Below, in pieces: positions 12,561 through 23,444 of a DNA stretch of 64,000 bases. Each line of letters begins with the position of its first letter. Positions within the stretch are counted from its first letter, which is position 1. The position numbers were made by a program, and so were the translations under genes. The stretch is from Ostrea edulis (taxonomy: Eukaryota): assembly GCF_947568905.1 (NCBI RefSeq), contig NC_079167.1, positions 57,226,001 to 57,290,000 of the forward strand, in the 5' to 3' direction. The notes beneath the pieces are model-generated. The model saw only the letters and a list, made by a program, of their open reading frames with translations, made no database searches and was not told the origin of the DNA.

Positions 12561-12672
12561 TTCCTGATCCTTTTCCAAACTGAGGGTTGCTTTTCATACC
12601 AAGGACATTGTAGAGTTCCCTCTCAGGGTCGGTATACATTGTATACATATATCCTGTTTCTTTTTTGAATGA
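12561..12672 (-). CDS. PRXL2C: PRXL2C exon 5 (SFKKETGYMYTMYTDPERELYNVLGMKSNPQFGKGSG)
   Basis: Acceptor ttttgtttag, donor A|gtaaga, 112 nt, phases 0 to 1. Motif TGY...Y.DPERE.Y..LGMK. Confidence 0.95.
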
Positions 12673-13051
12673 CTAAACAAAAGACAAACTAAATAACTAT
12701 ATGATCAAAAGTTATTCCAACACAATTTTTTCTTATAATAATCTGGAGTTGATAAAGAATGCCAATACTAGAAACTAAACTTTTGTTGGCCTAAAACTCT
12801 TCAATTTTATCAAATATTGTGAAATACATGTACAGTTACTACATTTTCTTATATTCTGTCATCATTTACTTTCTGTAAATCTGTTTCATAGTTTTTAAAA
12901 ACAGATTACTAGTAATTCATATTTATACACACCACACTGAAATCAATAACATTTAAAATTAAGATGAATTCAAATATCTTAAAATGGATTAAATATTTAA
13001 GTTCCTGACTATATTACAAGACATGCAAATGCTTAAATCACACATACGCAC

Positions 13052-13105
13052 CTGTATAAATTTATTGGGAGCAGGACCAATCACAACTATTCTTACACCA
13101 GCTTC
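13052..13105 (-). CDS. PRXL2C: PRXL2C exon 4 (EAGVRIVVIGPAPNKFIQ)
   Basis: Acceptor ttttgtag, donor CAG|gtgcgt, 54 nt, phase 0-0. Matches EA.V.L.VIG. Confidence 0.93.
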
Positions 13106-13974
13106 CTACAAAATTAAGTTTACATGTATTCATTTATATTTTAAAACTAGAACTGGTATCATGGAACCAATACACAGTCTATAACACATAACCAAATTTG
13201 AACATTAACATTAATCATGTTTTTGTTTCTGTCGTATGAATACAGTTTAAACTAAGATAGGGCACAACTATAAATAGGGCCTTAAACTTGACAACTCAAA
13301 GCACATAATCAACAGCTAATATGTTTTACGTTATGACCATTGAGATAAGCAGAGACCTTTAACATCTTGCAACATGAGTTTAGACATTTAATCAGCCTCT
13401 TCATTTAACACGGAAAATAGAACACAGTCAATGTAAACAGTGCATTGTGACGTTATATTAGCTGCAATGGTTCTTCTTTCAAACCAAGCAATTATCAACA
13501 AGCTTGTCTGGAATTCAAAAACATTTATATTTCCAAACAATTTATTTATTTTTTCCACGGGGTTGTCAAAGAAGTATATCTCTGTGCGGTGACATTTTCC
13601 CAGACGTATTATGGGTAATCCCCATCATTTTTTAGCTGATGAAGAGCAAATCATGTCACTCAAATGTGTAATCATTGGAGTAAGCTCATCACATCACTTT
13701 GCGATGCTGGCTTCGGTTGCTATTACATTTATAACAAATGAAATAATCCAATTTCCTTTGTGGGATCAATACGCAAGTTCCGAGTTACCCAAAAGTTATT
13801 TCCCTTTGTCAAACTCTTTCGCATTTTATGACATATGGTGGGTACACAATGTATACATAATATCGTAGACTGGCATTGTACATAACGATTACGTATGATA
13901 AATGTAATAAAAGCGTAACTTTTGTTTATATCAGTCACTGGTATGCATATTCTGGCCATATCAAGCATAACTTG

Positions 13975-14532
13975 TTTGAATAAGCTGCTACCAGTCCTGA
14001 CATCACGCCACCTGTCATATAAGACCCGTGGTCGAGTGTATAACACCTGTGTACGGAGCGCTATGCTCCATGCCAGTGAGACCTGGGCACTGACCAAGCC
14101 AAATCTTCATCGCCTACTACGCAATGACAGGGCCATGATAAGACAGATCTGTAACATCAAGCCTGAAGATATGGTCACTGTAAGTTCAACTGAATTGCTG
14201 GGGCGGCTTGGCATCGACGACCTCGACCTCATCTTAAGGGAAAGGAGACTCCGCTGGTATGGCCACGTTGTCAGATCCAGCAGTGCAGTCAAGTGCGCTT
14301 TAAATATACAAGTTCCTGGTCGGCCAATGCTATCTTGGAGAGAGTTGACGGAGAAAGATCGTAGAGAATGGAAGCTCTCAACTGTTGACCCTCAAGACCG
14401 GAAAGAATGGAGATCTGAGGTGAGATCTGCCATGCATGCAGCCAGCCAGATACCTGGAAGGGGGCCCACTAGTGTGGACACTACCCGTGATACTGCACGG
14501 AAATAAAAAGGAACCGACAACAACAACAACAT
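13975..14532 (+). mobile_element. 5'-truncated RTE-clade LINE in PRXL2C intron 3
   Basis: Open frame LLPVLTSRHLSYKTRGRVYNTCVRSAMLHASETW...LRWYGHVVR...W......DR..WR is the RT C-terminal region of RTE elements; it is followed by an A-rich tract and a (CAA)n tail at about 14517-14532. Confidence 0.88.
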
Positions 14533-15017
14533 CAAATTGGCTATTGAATCATTATTCGTTTCCTCTTCTACATGAGTGACGCTTTTATCAAAGAAAGATG
14601 GCAATTAACAATATCTGTTTGAGCCATTTTGTTATCCAATACTCATAAACTCACTAAAGTTGCCTTTTCCCTGAGATAGGATGGTCTCAGAAACTCTGGA
14701 TATCATCTTTTAAGAAATAATACAACAATAGTAATTAGCAAATGTACCCACTGTCATCATATTTTACGTCATAATTTACGGAAGAGTTCGACAAAGGGAA
14801 ATAACTCTTGGGGAACTCGGAACTTCCGTATTAGCACAAGTCAATGTTTTCCCTATATAATCTCAACAACTGTTCAGGTAATATCAAACAAATGTAAATG
14901 CGAGGTATAGGCTAAATTTTTTTACAATGCTGCCCCATACAGGGACAATACAAGAACAATGCAAAGCTCTCACATATAAGTTAAATGGTTTGAAATATTA
15001 AGGTATGATGTGAAGGT

Positions 15018-15160
15018 CAGTGGCGTAGCTAGGTTTGAAATATTTGGAAGCGGGAGGTCTGGGGGGCTGCTGAGGACATTTTTCATAATATGTGTAAAAT
15101 ATTTCAAAATATTTGTAAGCACGTGCATATGAACAGTGCTACAGTGTAGCTACGCCACTG
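15018..15160. mobile_element. 143-bp MITE in PRXL2C intron 3
   Basis: CAGTGGCGTAGCT / AGCTACGCCACTG perfect 13-bp TIRs; AAGGT directly repeated on both sides. Confidence 0.8.
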
Positions 15161-15232
15161 AAGGTTATGTTGTCAAAGAAAGTATTTTTAATTCATATCA
15201 CGTGCCTAAGAAAATGAACAATAAATACATAC

Positions 15233-15264
15233 CTGTAAAAATTCTAATGGTACCTTTGCTAAAT
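15233..15264 (-). CDS. PRXL2C: PRXL2C exon 3, 32-nt microexon (DLAKVPLEFLQ)
   Basis: Acceptor ttctaatcag, donor CAG|gtatgt, phases 1 to 0. Restores EDLAK.P..FLQ between exons 2 and 4. Confidence 0.92.
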
Positions 15265-15405
15265 CTGATTAGAAAGAAAAGATATACATATTATACCATG
15301 CACATAAAATACTCAAAAATATCAATGACAAATAAAAAAACCTTTTTACTTCTAAAATAAAAACAAACTGAAGTTGAGATTCTGATTATAGTTGAATTGA
15401 CATAC

Positions 15406-15442
15406 CTTCAATGTAGTCTTTACAAATAAAGCACAGGAAATG
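15406..15442 (-). CDS. PRXL2C: PRXL2C exon 2, 37-nt microexon with the CxxC motif (HFLCFICKDYIE)
   Basis: Acceptor ctattacag, donor G|gtatgt, phases 0 to 1. Matches HFLC.ICKEYVE; Cys codons are TGC and TGT. Confidence 0.93.
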
Positions 15443-15611
15443 CTGTAATAGATTGATACAAGTCATTTTATCTTATACTAGCGATTAATTTCAAAATAAA
15501 ATATATTCGGCCAGTGCAGGAGTCAGGGACACACAACCCCTATCTAAGTTCTCAATTAAGATATTGTATATACAAAGTATAAGCGTAAAAAATAACAAAA
15601 AAATAACATAC

Positions 15612-15821
15612 CCTTGAGAATATAACTATCGTTTTCTGATGTTTATAGATATCTCCGAATTTTATTTTGTTTCCTCCTTCATCCAAGACAAACATGTCCC
15701 TTGCTTTCGAAAAGTTGAATTTAAAGTCAGACGGTTCTGGTCTTTCTCCCCTAGACATTTCTAAATGATTTATTTCGTCTGCTGTGATTTCAGTTCCGTC
15801 TTTTTCTTCTGTCTTAGACAT
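15612..15821 (-). CDS. PRXL2C: PRXL2C exon 1 (MSKTEEK...VLDEGGNKIKFGDIYKHQKTIVIFSR)
   Basis: ATG at 15821-15819, donor AGG|gtatgt, 210 nt. Matches VLD..G..V.FG.L......VVVF.R preceding HFLC. Seven exons give 231 aa. Confidence 0.92.
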
Positions 15822-16069
15822 TTTGAAGACAAACGTGTTCCTTCAAGCAAGTCAAAACTAACTTGTTTGCTATTGATACGAATTCAATGTTAAATAGACG
15901 CTTCTGTATAAAGCATTTCGTTGACCCCTTAATAATATTCGAAACGTACATGGAATCAGTATCCGAGATAAATAAATACATAGCTGTCAAATATATAAAA
16001 CATCTATAAATTGTCAATGTTGTACCCAGTATGTCATTGTGCATAGAAACTCTATCCGGAACGTAAGTT

Positions 16070-16215
16070 TGGTTCGCTTTACGTGAGTTTGTTCGACAGA
16101 TTGATAACTTCTTCATAACAAATTATTAATTTGTTATAGCAAATTATCAATCTGTTATAACAAATAATTTATTTGTTATTTCAAATTGCTAATTTGTTAT
16201 AAAAGATTATAAATT
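16070..16215. repeat. Dispersed repeat with ~14-bp ataacaaatt/aatttgttat internal units; also about 17720-17850, 19015-19160 and 20640-20825
   Basis: The same self-complementary motifs recur at four loci in both orientations; likely the core of a non-autonomous Helitron-like element. Confidence 0.6.
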
Positions 16216-16619
16216 TGAGGGTGCGGAAAGGGGGGGGGGGGGTAGTCCTTTACCGTCCAAAATTGTAAATTTCATGATCCTAGGGCCGGATAAGGGTTTG
16301 ATCTCAGGGTGGTGTCAAAATCATTATAATGATTTGAAGGACTTCAAATTTGAATATATATTTAGGAATAGCAGAAAAAAATGTATAAAAAATCTGGTGA
16401 ATTTTATAGGACTGAAACGAGCTGCCCTCTTCACGATACGACGCGTATTGCATTTACTTATGCCGTGCGATTCAATACTTTCAATTGATACGATACAATT
16501 TACAGAAGAAACCAATAATAACATTGAAGAAAAAATTCATTACCAAAATTCTAAATCATAATTATAAAGCAAAATGTTTCTGAACTGCCAAACCGTAAGA
16601 TGTCTGTTGGCTCTGTTTA

Positions 16620-16880
16620 AACCACAAGAGCGCAGAGCTCAGACCAGGACTATATAATGATGTAGCGGATTGTGTAGCAGCTGATTGACATTCCATCTAC
16701 ACTCCTGATACCAACCATTTCTCCAAGAGGGAACAACATCACCTTCCTTGTGCCGTATGTTAGGACTACAGTTTACCAGAAATCATTTTTTTCCAGATGG
16801 GATTAGGATTTGGAACTCTTTACCATCTGAGACTGTCAATGCAACATCTTTAGACAGCTTCTAGTGCCAGATCCAGTCCA
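16620..16880 (+). mobile_element. Decayed CR1-like LINE 3' end
   Basis: Frames give QERRAQTR..M..I..QLIDIP and YQKSFFPDGIRIWNSLPSETVNATSLDSF, the SFFP.T...WN.LP terminus of CR1/L2-group ORF2. Confidence 0.78.
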
Positions 16881-17007
16881 TCAGTATCCGACCATAGACA
16901 ACCTGGATTTTAAACTTTTAAATGCACTTGTGAATATTTATATTAATCACATGTCTTAAGTGCATTTAAAAGTTTAAAATCCAAGTTGTCTATGGTCGGA
17001 TACTGAT
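16880..17007. repeat. 50-bp inverted repeat (49/50) with 28-nt spacer
   Basis: 16880-16929 is the reverse complement of 16958-17007 with one mismatch. Confidence 0.95.
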
Positions 17008-19782
17008 CCTTACTGGTCCTTGCACCACACGGTACGAAAATACACTTGAAGTGGCAAAGTACCATACAGGAAGAAGAAGTACATTAAATAAGTACAGGCC
17101 GAGCCTGATTTATTTTACTGAACTTGACCCCTTTGTAATAAACGTATCGAACCGAAAATCGAGGCAATGAATCGAACATTGAATCGAGCGTTTATATTGA
17201 GCAGTATCGATATTTCGGTGAATCGTTTCAGCCCTAGAATTTTGCAACCCCAGGGTTTTAACTCTAGGATAAATTAGTCATATCGTTTAATGTTAATACA
17301 TATTACGTGAAGGCTTTCATCAGTGTATGTACTTTTGAGGGCATTGAAGTTTTAGGAACACATCTCGTTTTATACTGCTGCTGAATAATAGAATTTAGCT
17401 TAGATATTCAGAATCGGATTTTTTTTTCTAGATTTCGTACTTATTGGGACTAGTGATACTTTTAACTAGTACTCAGGTGACCGATAAGATCTGTGGGCCT
17501 ATTGTTTTCTGTATTTGTAAATTGTTTCTTTTGTCTGTCAAAACACAATAGGAACGACATCGAATACGTATATCCGGTGCAATCAATTTGATGCAGATTA
17601 GTGGTGAAAAAGGAAAAACGAAAGGAGTTATAAAAAAGAAGTATAAGAACATCCCCATTAAACCTTTCTCCCCCTTCCACCCCTACCTTCCCCTCCCTCT
17701 CACCCTGTCCGCCCCCTCCAATTTGTTATTTCAAATTACTAATTTGTTAAAACAATATACAAATTCTTACTTTGTTCTTTCAAATTTTAGTATTTAGATA
17801 TTTCAAATGATCAGTTTGTTATTTCAAGTAATCAAATTGTTATTCAAATTAGAGATTTAACAAGAGGCCCATGGACCTTTTCGATAACAGCATTAGTCAA
17901 AAGTATCACTAGACTATGAAATCGAAACTAATTTTCCTGGTTGCATATTTAAGCTAAATTCTATTTATATAATATTTATCTTTTGCAGATTAGCTCAGAC
18001 TCAGGAGATCGTTAAGGCCCACGAACCTCTTGTTTTGCTTTATTGCCATTTTAATAACTACAGTGAATTATTGTGACTTATAAAGCCTTCTAGTTCATGA
18101 TGCTAGATCTGATATTGAGCATATAACTTTCAGTTTGCAGGAAACTCATTTTGAAAATGTATGAATGTTTTTCATTGAATTTTTTTTGGACTGGTGGTAA
18201 TTCATTTTTTTTCTTTAAGAATTATTTATGAATGATTTATACATGTACTTGCAACATTTGAAATTATAATTTGCAAAATATGACACTTTGTAATTTTAGA
18301 CCTTTGTATCAAGACTTTTTATTATGTTGTTTTGCTTGTAGTGCTGTTAAAAACGGATAATGCATTTTGGATTATTTAAATTCAGTACATGTAAATTCTT
18401 CCCTATGTCTCCTGTGAGAGAGTTTAAAATGCAAATGAATTAATCTGCATGTACAAATATATTATAATAGAGATTAAAAAAAGCAATTAAGGTATTCCAT
18501 GTATAATGAAAGGATAATGAACAATTTTGAAGAATTTAGATCAACATAAATGTTTATTGTTAAATAATGATGAAAGTGAAGCAGATGAAATTCACATGAA
18601 TGGTAAATGATTAGAAGCTGACCTTTTTGCACTTACGACTTTTTGGAAGAGTTGTCTGCCCTTTGTAAAAATAAGAAAAATCTAATTTTCTAAAAATGTG
18701 TGTGGTCAATGATTAATTTTATTTCATATTTTCACTAAGAGAGAGTGTTTGTAACTTTCTACCAAGAGATTTGTATGAAAATATAATTTCTTTTTAAAAT
18801 ATTGTAATAAAACATGCTTTTCTCATATACTTCAATGTTAAATTCTAGATGAAATAAATCAAGCAGTAATCAAAATTTTGAAAATTCCTATGGTGGATTA
18901 CTTTTATTTGATGAACCCTTCAAAATGATACCATGATTACAAAAATCCCACCATCCATTTATTAGATATGAAATATGGTCATTGTACATTGAATACCTTA
19001 ATATTTTTATAACAAATCATCAATTTGTTTTAACATATCAATAATTTGTTTTAACAAATCAATAATTTGTTATAACAAATTAGTAATTTGAAATAACAAA
19101 TCAATAATTTGTTATAACATAATGATAATTTGTTAAAACAAATTACATACTTAATAATTTGTTATATTTACATTTGACAATGCACTTCCTTAAATGACAG
19201 TACTAATGCTCTTGACATTCAATTTCTTGTAACATGAAGTTGGCAACGTGATTAGTCTTTTCTTGCGTATGAATACAATCACCGCTTCAAAAGTAAGTTT
19301 CTGTACTGTCACATGGCTTCTTGCTTATGCAATGCAATGGCGGATTTAGACCCACCCATCTACCCCCTTTTCGCCACAAATTTAAAAAGTAGAAACAGTG
19401 CAAGTAAAATTTCAGAATGGCAACTAAAATGGCTGAGTATTTTGGTTAATACTTGACTTTCACACGTGCCCCCTTTCGTAAACCCTGGATCCGACAGTGC
19501 AATGACATCGTAACAGAAACAAACACAGGAAGATATTTATACAGAGTTTATTTTGTAAACAAACAAGAATTTCATCAATTCATAATACAGAAACATTAAA
19601 CATATCGTTCAGTTGTTTCACTTTAAACAGTTTTAAATACCGTCTGCAAAATTGTATGCCTAAACTGCAACTTCTGCATGGCGAATTCATAAAATAACTG
19701 AGATATTGGAAGCGAAAAAATGTAGGCAGAGTTATAAGCCTATTTACTTTATGATGATGATAAGTAAACCTGTTGTTTCCTG

Positions 19783-19931
19783 GCAACTGCCATCACGGCT
19801 ATGACCTGCTGTTTCCTGGCATGATCATAAGCGAGGCCGGTTTCGAGGCTCGAACAATTATGTTCATGTCAAGGTACCGGTGCGAGTCTTCATTAAAATC
19901 CTACAACAGAAATCTCCCAAGTGAAGAAAAA
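19783..19931 (+). mobile_element. Crypton-like tyrosine recombinase remnant
   Basis: ATAITAM followed by EAGFEARTIMFMSRYRCESSLKSYNR resembles the Crypton/DUF3504 C-terminal box RAT.IT....G...R.IM..SGH....SL..Y; decayed. Confidence 0.6.
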
Positions 19932-21994
19932 CTCTGGCAGTTCGTTTTTATTTTCTCTTTCACACATTGACGCAACCTACCTGCATTTCGTCTAAATCTG
20001 TCCTACTGTCTCGGAGCGTCTCCAACTGAACATGGCTAGTACAACCGCGAGTCCTAACGATGAACATGCCGTTGTTTCAATCCAAAAACCTGACTAAGAG
20101 CTAAGCTTTAACATGACCCATCATATCCTCCATCAATTCTTTCAGATCCTTTGAATTTCTGTCGAAATCTGTGTTCAACAATTGCGTTTTCAACTTAGTA
20201 GGCTAGACTAACGCCAGTTTCTCCATCGCTGATTGCGACCAAATCACATCACGGATGTAGTATACTCCGCTCTTCTAGTCTTCATTTCAGTTGACTTTAC
20301 GCTCAAAATGACCTTTATTTTACACCTGTTTCGTCTGTTTTAAACATTCTAAATTAAACATCTATATTTTATATTCTCTTAGATATTGTTCCTAATTATT
20401 TATTCGATAAAACTCTAACGAACTATATTTTGTGTAGTACGATCGTTATTTCGGTCATCTGCTACATAATCATGGAAGCAAGGTAAGAACACAAATCAAA
20501 ATAGAAAATATGATTATAAGAAATAAGATATCATTTTTGAAAATGAAGCAACTCTTCGGGCGTTATAGGATTTGATCACGTGACCAACTTCATGTCATAT
20601 CCCAATAACACTAAAAAATGATATCTTATTTCCTAACCGAATAACAAATTAATAATTTGTTATGATAAATTACTAATTTGTAATAACAAATTGCCAACTT
20701 ATTATAAAAGATTATCAATTTGTTATTACAAATTATCAATCTGTTCGAACAAATTATTAATTTGTTATAACAAACTAAAAATAAAAAGATACGTGTATTG
20801 CTGCGGCCCTAATACGCTTCCGTCCATCAGAGACGTATATAATATATATGTCACTGGTTTCAGTCATCATGTGGTTTTAATGATTTTAAAGCAACACAAA
20901 CTGTAACTTTCTGTATTTTTTCAACAATCCAATTATACACCACATAACACCTATCGGTATAACTAATATAATTCCCAAGATCTGAAGAAAACTTCAGCAA
21001 AATAAACAAGGGAATATTGTTTGAGAGCACACCTACAATGATCGTTTCGTATAAACCGCCATTGCATCGTACACACGGACAAGGGAACGAAGATTGCCGA
21101 ACATAATCGGGTTGCTGAGACCAAGGCATATACAAATACGGAAACTGACGTGGGTAACTACACGTTTCGTTTATTTTAAAATATTACATTATTTCATGAA
21201 TGGCAAAAAGTACTCTAAGTGTAAGAAAGTAATAATCACGCAAATGTGCCACTGAAAGGAAATTTTGGTAGTGAATTTGCTATTTAAAAATGGCATGAAC
21301 TGGTGACCTTCGAGGTCAATGCACATCGGAGATTACGAGCAGGAATTACTGACAGGATGACAATAATTCATGAATCGACATTTTCTGCTAATTTGACGGG
21401 TCTGCTGCTTCAGATTCACTCTGATTCTATGAATGTATATATATTCAATCACACATATGATAAATAGTTGTTCTTTTATTTTTCAATTTATTTACCGAAA
21501 TCTTACTCTTACTCTCCCAATAATAAAACATACCATCGAACTTGAATCTGGGTATAATAATTCTTTCGAAGTGTTTCACATAAACAATACAAGTTTTTAC
21601 GGTCATTCTTCGAACAGGAAAATACTGTATTATAAAATTCATTTAATTTTAATTGATGAAATAAATGTTCTAAATGAAATGAAAATACATCGAATTTTTC
21701 TTTCAATTTACATTCATGAAAACGGTGATGGATCGTCACGATTTGACTCAAGTAATATTCGTTACTTTACTAGAATCAAGTATAATACATAAATAATCAT
21801 ATATAGTAAATATATAATCATACAGTAAACATATAAATGCGGTACAATTTCTGACTTTGTCTTCTGTAGATTAAGCTTTGCATCTGAGACAACATATGCA
21901 TGTACATGTAACATTGAAAAGTGCAAATTTTAAATCAGCAAAGACTAGTGCTAAATTTATCTCCCTTTCGACGTTACACATCATACTTTACAAC

Positions 21995-22197
21995 TAGCCT
22001 CGTTTAACCAGAAGCTCAGCTGTTTCCGTAAACCCCATAATTGAAATTTATTCCCAACTTTCAGCCATTTTGGAAGGTGTTCTTACTAACCAATCAGATT
22101 CAATACCAGGATTTTGGTAAACCTCGTTCCAATCAATGTCGCAACATTACCACCTTTGCTGGTTGGAGTACACGAAAAGAGCCGAGCGTCTGGTTAA
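21995..22197. mobile_element. MITE with TAGCCTCGTTTAACCAG-type TIRs; right TIR interrupted by the next element
   Basis: aaccagaagctcagct at the left pairs with agccgagcgtctggtt at the right; the remaining aaacga appears after the insert at about 22525. Confidence 0.65.
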
Positions 22198-22526
22198 GGG
22201 GGTACTCTACATCGTCATAATGGCTGACTTCCTTTTATAACATGGATGAAAATATAAATATCATCAATACTTGCCTATTCATCTAAAAAAAGAATCATTG
22301 CCTGGCTGAGTAGATCAGTAGGTTAGGACGTCGACTGCTGAACTGTAGATCGCGGGTTCGAGTCTAGCAGGGGTTTGAATTTTCTCAGATTGCTTTCAAC
22401 TAAAACTGCGGTGTTTTTTTTTACTATATAAAGTAGATTTGAAAGTTTTCGATTTCAAAATATTTTTTGTACATATCCTCCACTTTTTATCCATATCAAA
22501 TTCTCTGGTGTAGCATACATCCCTAA
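22194..22526. mobile_element. Kolobok-like non-autonomous transposon with internal tRNA-like cassette, copy 1
   Basis: TTAA|GGGGGTACTCTACA ... GGTGTAGCATACATCC|CTAA termini; collinear with 38610-38947; B-box GGTTCGAGTCT at 22355-22365. Confidence 0.72.
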
Positions 22527-22630
22527 ACGAATTTGCAAATATGTCCAATGAACAAACGCATTTATGAACTGACTACTTTTTACAACGTGTAACGTGACAG
22601 TATGGTGTCCCGTTAGGGACATGTACAAAA

Positions 22631-22813
22631 ACACAACACGCCGTCGCGTTTACACACAACATGCCGTCGCATTTACACACAACACACCGTCGCACTACCA
22701 CACTTCCACACAACACGCCGTCGCAATCCATCACGCTAACACACGACACGTCCTCGCGCTATCACACAACACGCCGTCGCGATTTTACAAAGTAAATAGT
22801 TTGTAAAATCGCG
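22631..22813. repeat. Six 17-bp repeats (ACACAACACGCCGTCGC) with 6-16-nt spacers, ending in a 14-bp perfect hairpin
   Basis: Units start at 22631, 22654, 22677, 22708, 22741, 22764; stem 22778-22791 / 22800-22813. Confidence 0.9.
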
Positions 22814-23444
22814 TTAGGAAGTTGCAACCGGAAATATGCAAATGCGCACGAAACTACCAGAGCATATACAGCAATTTGGACATGGGATCTATGGAGATGG
22901 GGGGGGGGGGGGGGGGGGGGGGGGGGGATTAGACATAACCTAATACGCCGGTTTCGAGATACGTCTGAGTTATTTCCCTTTGGAACTCTCGTGCATGTAC
23001 ATAATAAGGCGCGAAACAATTTGTTTACATGCAGGAGTGGGACAATTTTTCAACCTTGCATAAGTGAATCTGCTCAGTAAGTTTCTCAAACGCAGTTTCA
23101 TCACCCAAATTGGACTGATACATAAACTACGTAAATGATAAATATCCAGAGAGAATTCTTATCATATCACATTATTTCGCTGCTCGTACGTATCATATCC
23201 AGGAAATTACTTGTAAATACGACATTGTTTTCATGTTTCCACTTTAGTAAGATATTTCTTTCAATAGTATTTTGTATTTCCTACATTTACATAATCGAAG
23301 AGAAGCCGCTTTTAATACGTTTCATTGTCTTCCCCACGGACTGTAGGTCCACTCTGTCCCACTTCGGCGTATTTATTCAATATATTCAAAGAATTTCCAA
23401 ATCTAGGGATCGTTTTGTTATGTTGTTAAGCAATATTTGTAAAT

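Noticed and set aside
13611-13868. Plus-strand ORF with KCVIIGVSSSHHF resembling PRXL2C LIVIGQSSYHHI
   Set aside because: Wrong strand, no further similarity, and the true exon is at 13052-13105; treated as coincidence.
15406-15442. PRXL2C as a SelU-type selenoprotein
   Set aside because: Both CxxC positions are Cys codons (TGC, TGT).
22300-22373. Functional tRNA genes here and at about 26434, 38310, 38713 and 53757
   Set aside because: A/B boxes are present but I could not fold a proper acceptor stem and anticodon arm; all lie within SINEs or MITEs.
22631-22780. CRISPR array
   Set aside because: Repeats are 17 bp, spacers only 6-16 nt and partly alike, there are no cas genes, and the context is eukaryotic.
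22899-22927. Long G or C homopolymers (also about 5176, 6354, 16221) as functional G-quadruplexes
   Set aside because: They lie in or beside repeats, and homopolymer length is unreliable in assemblies.
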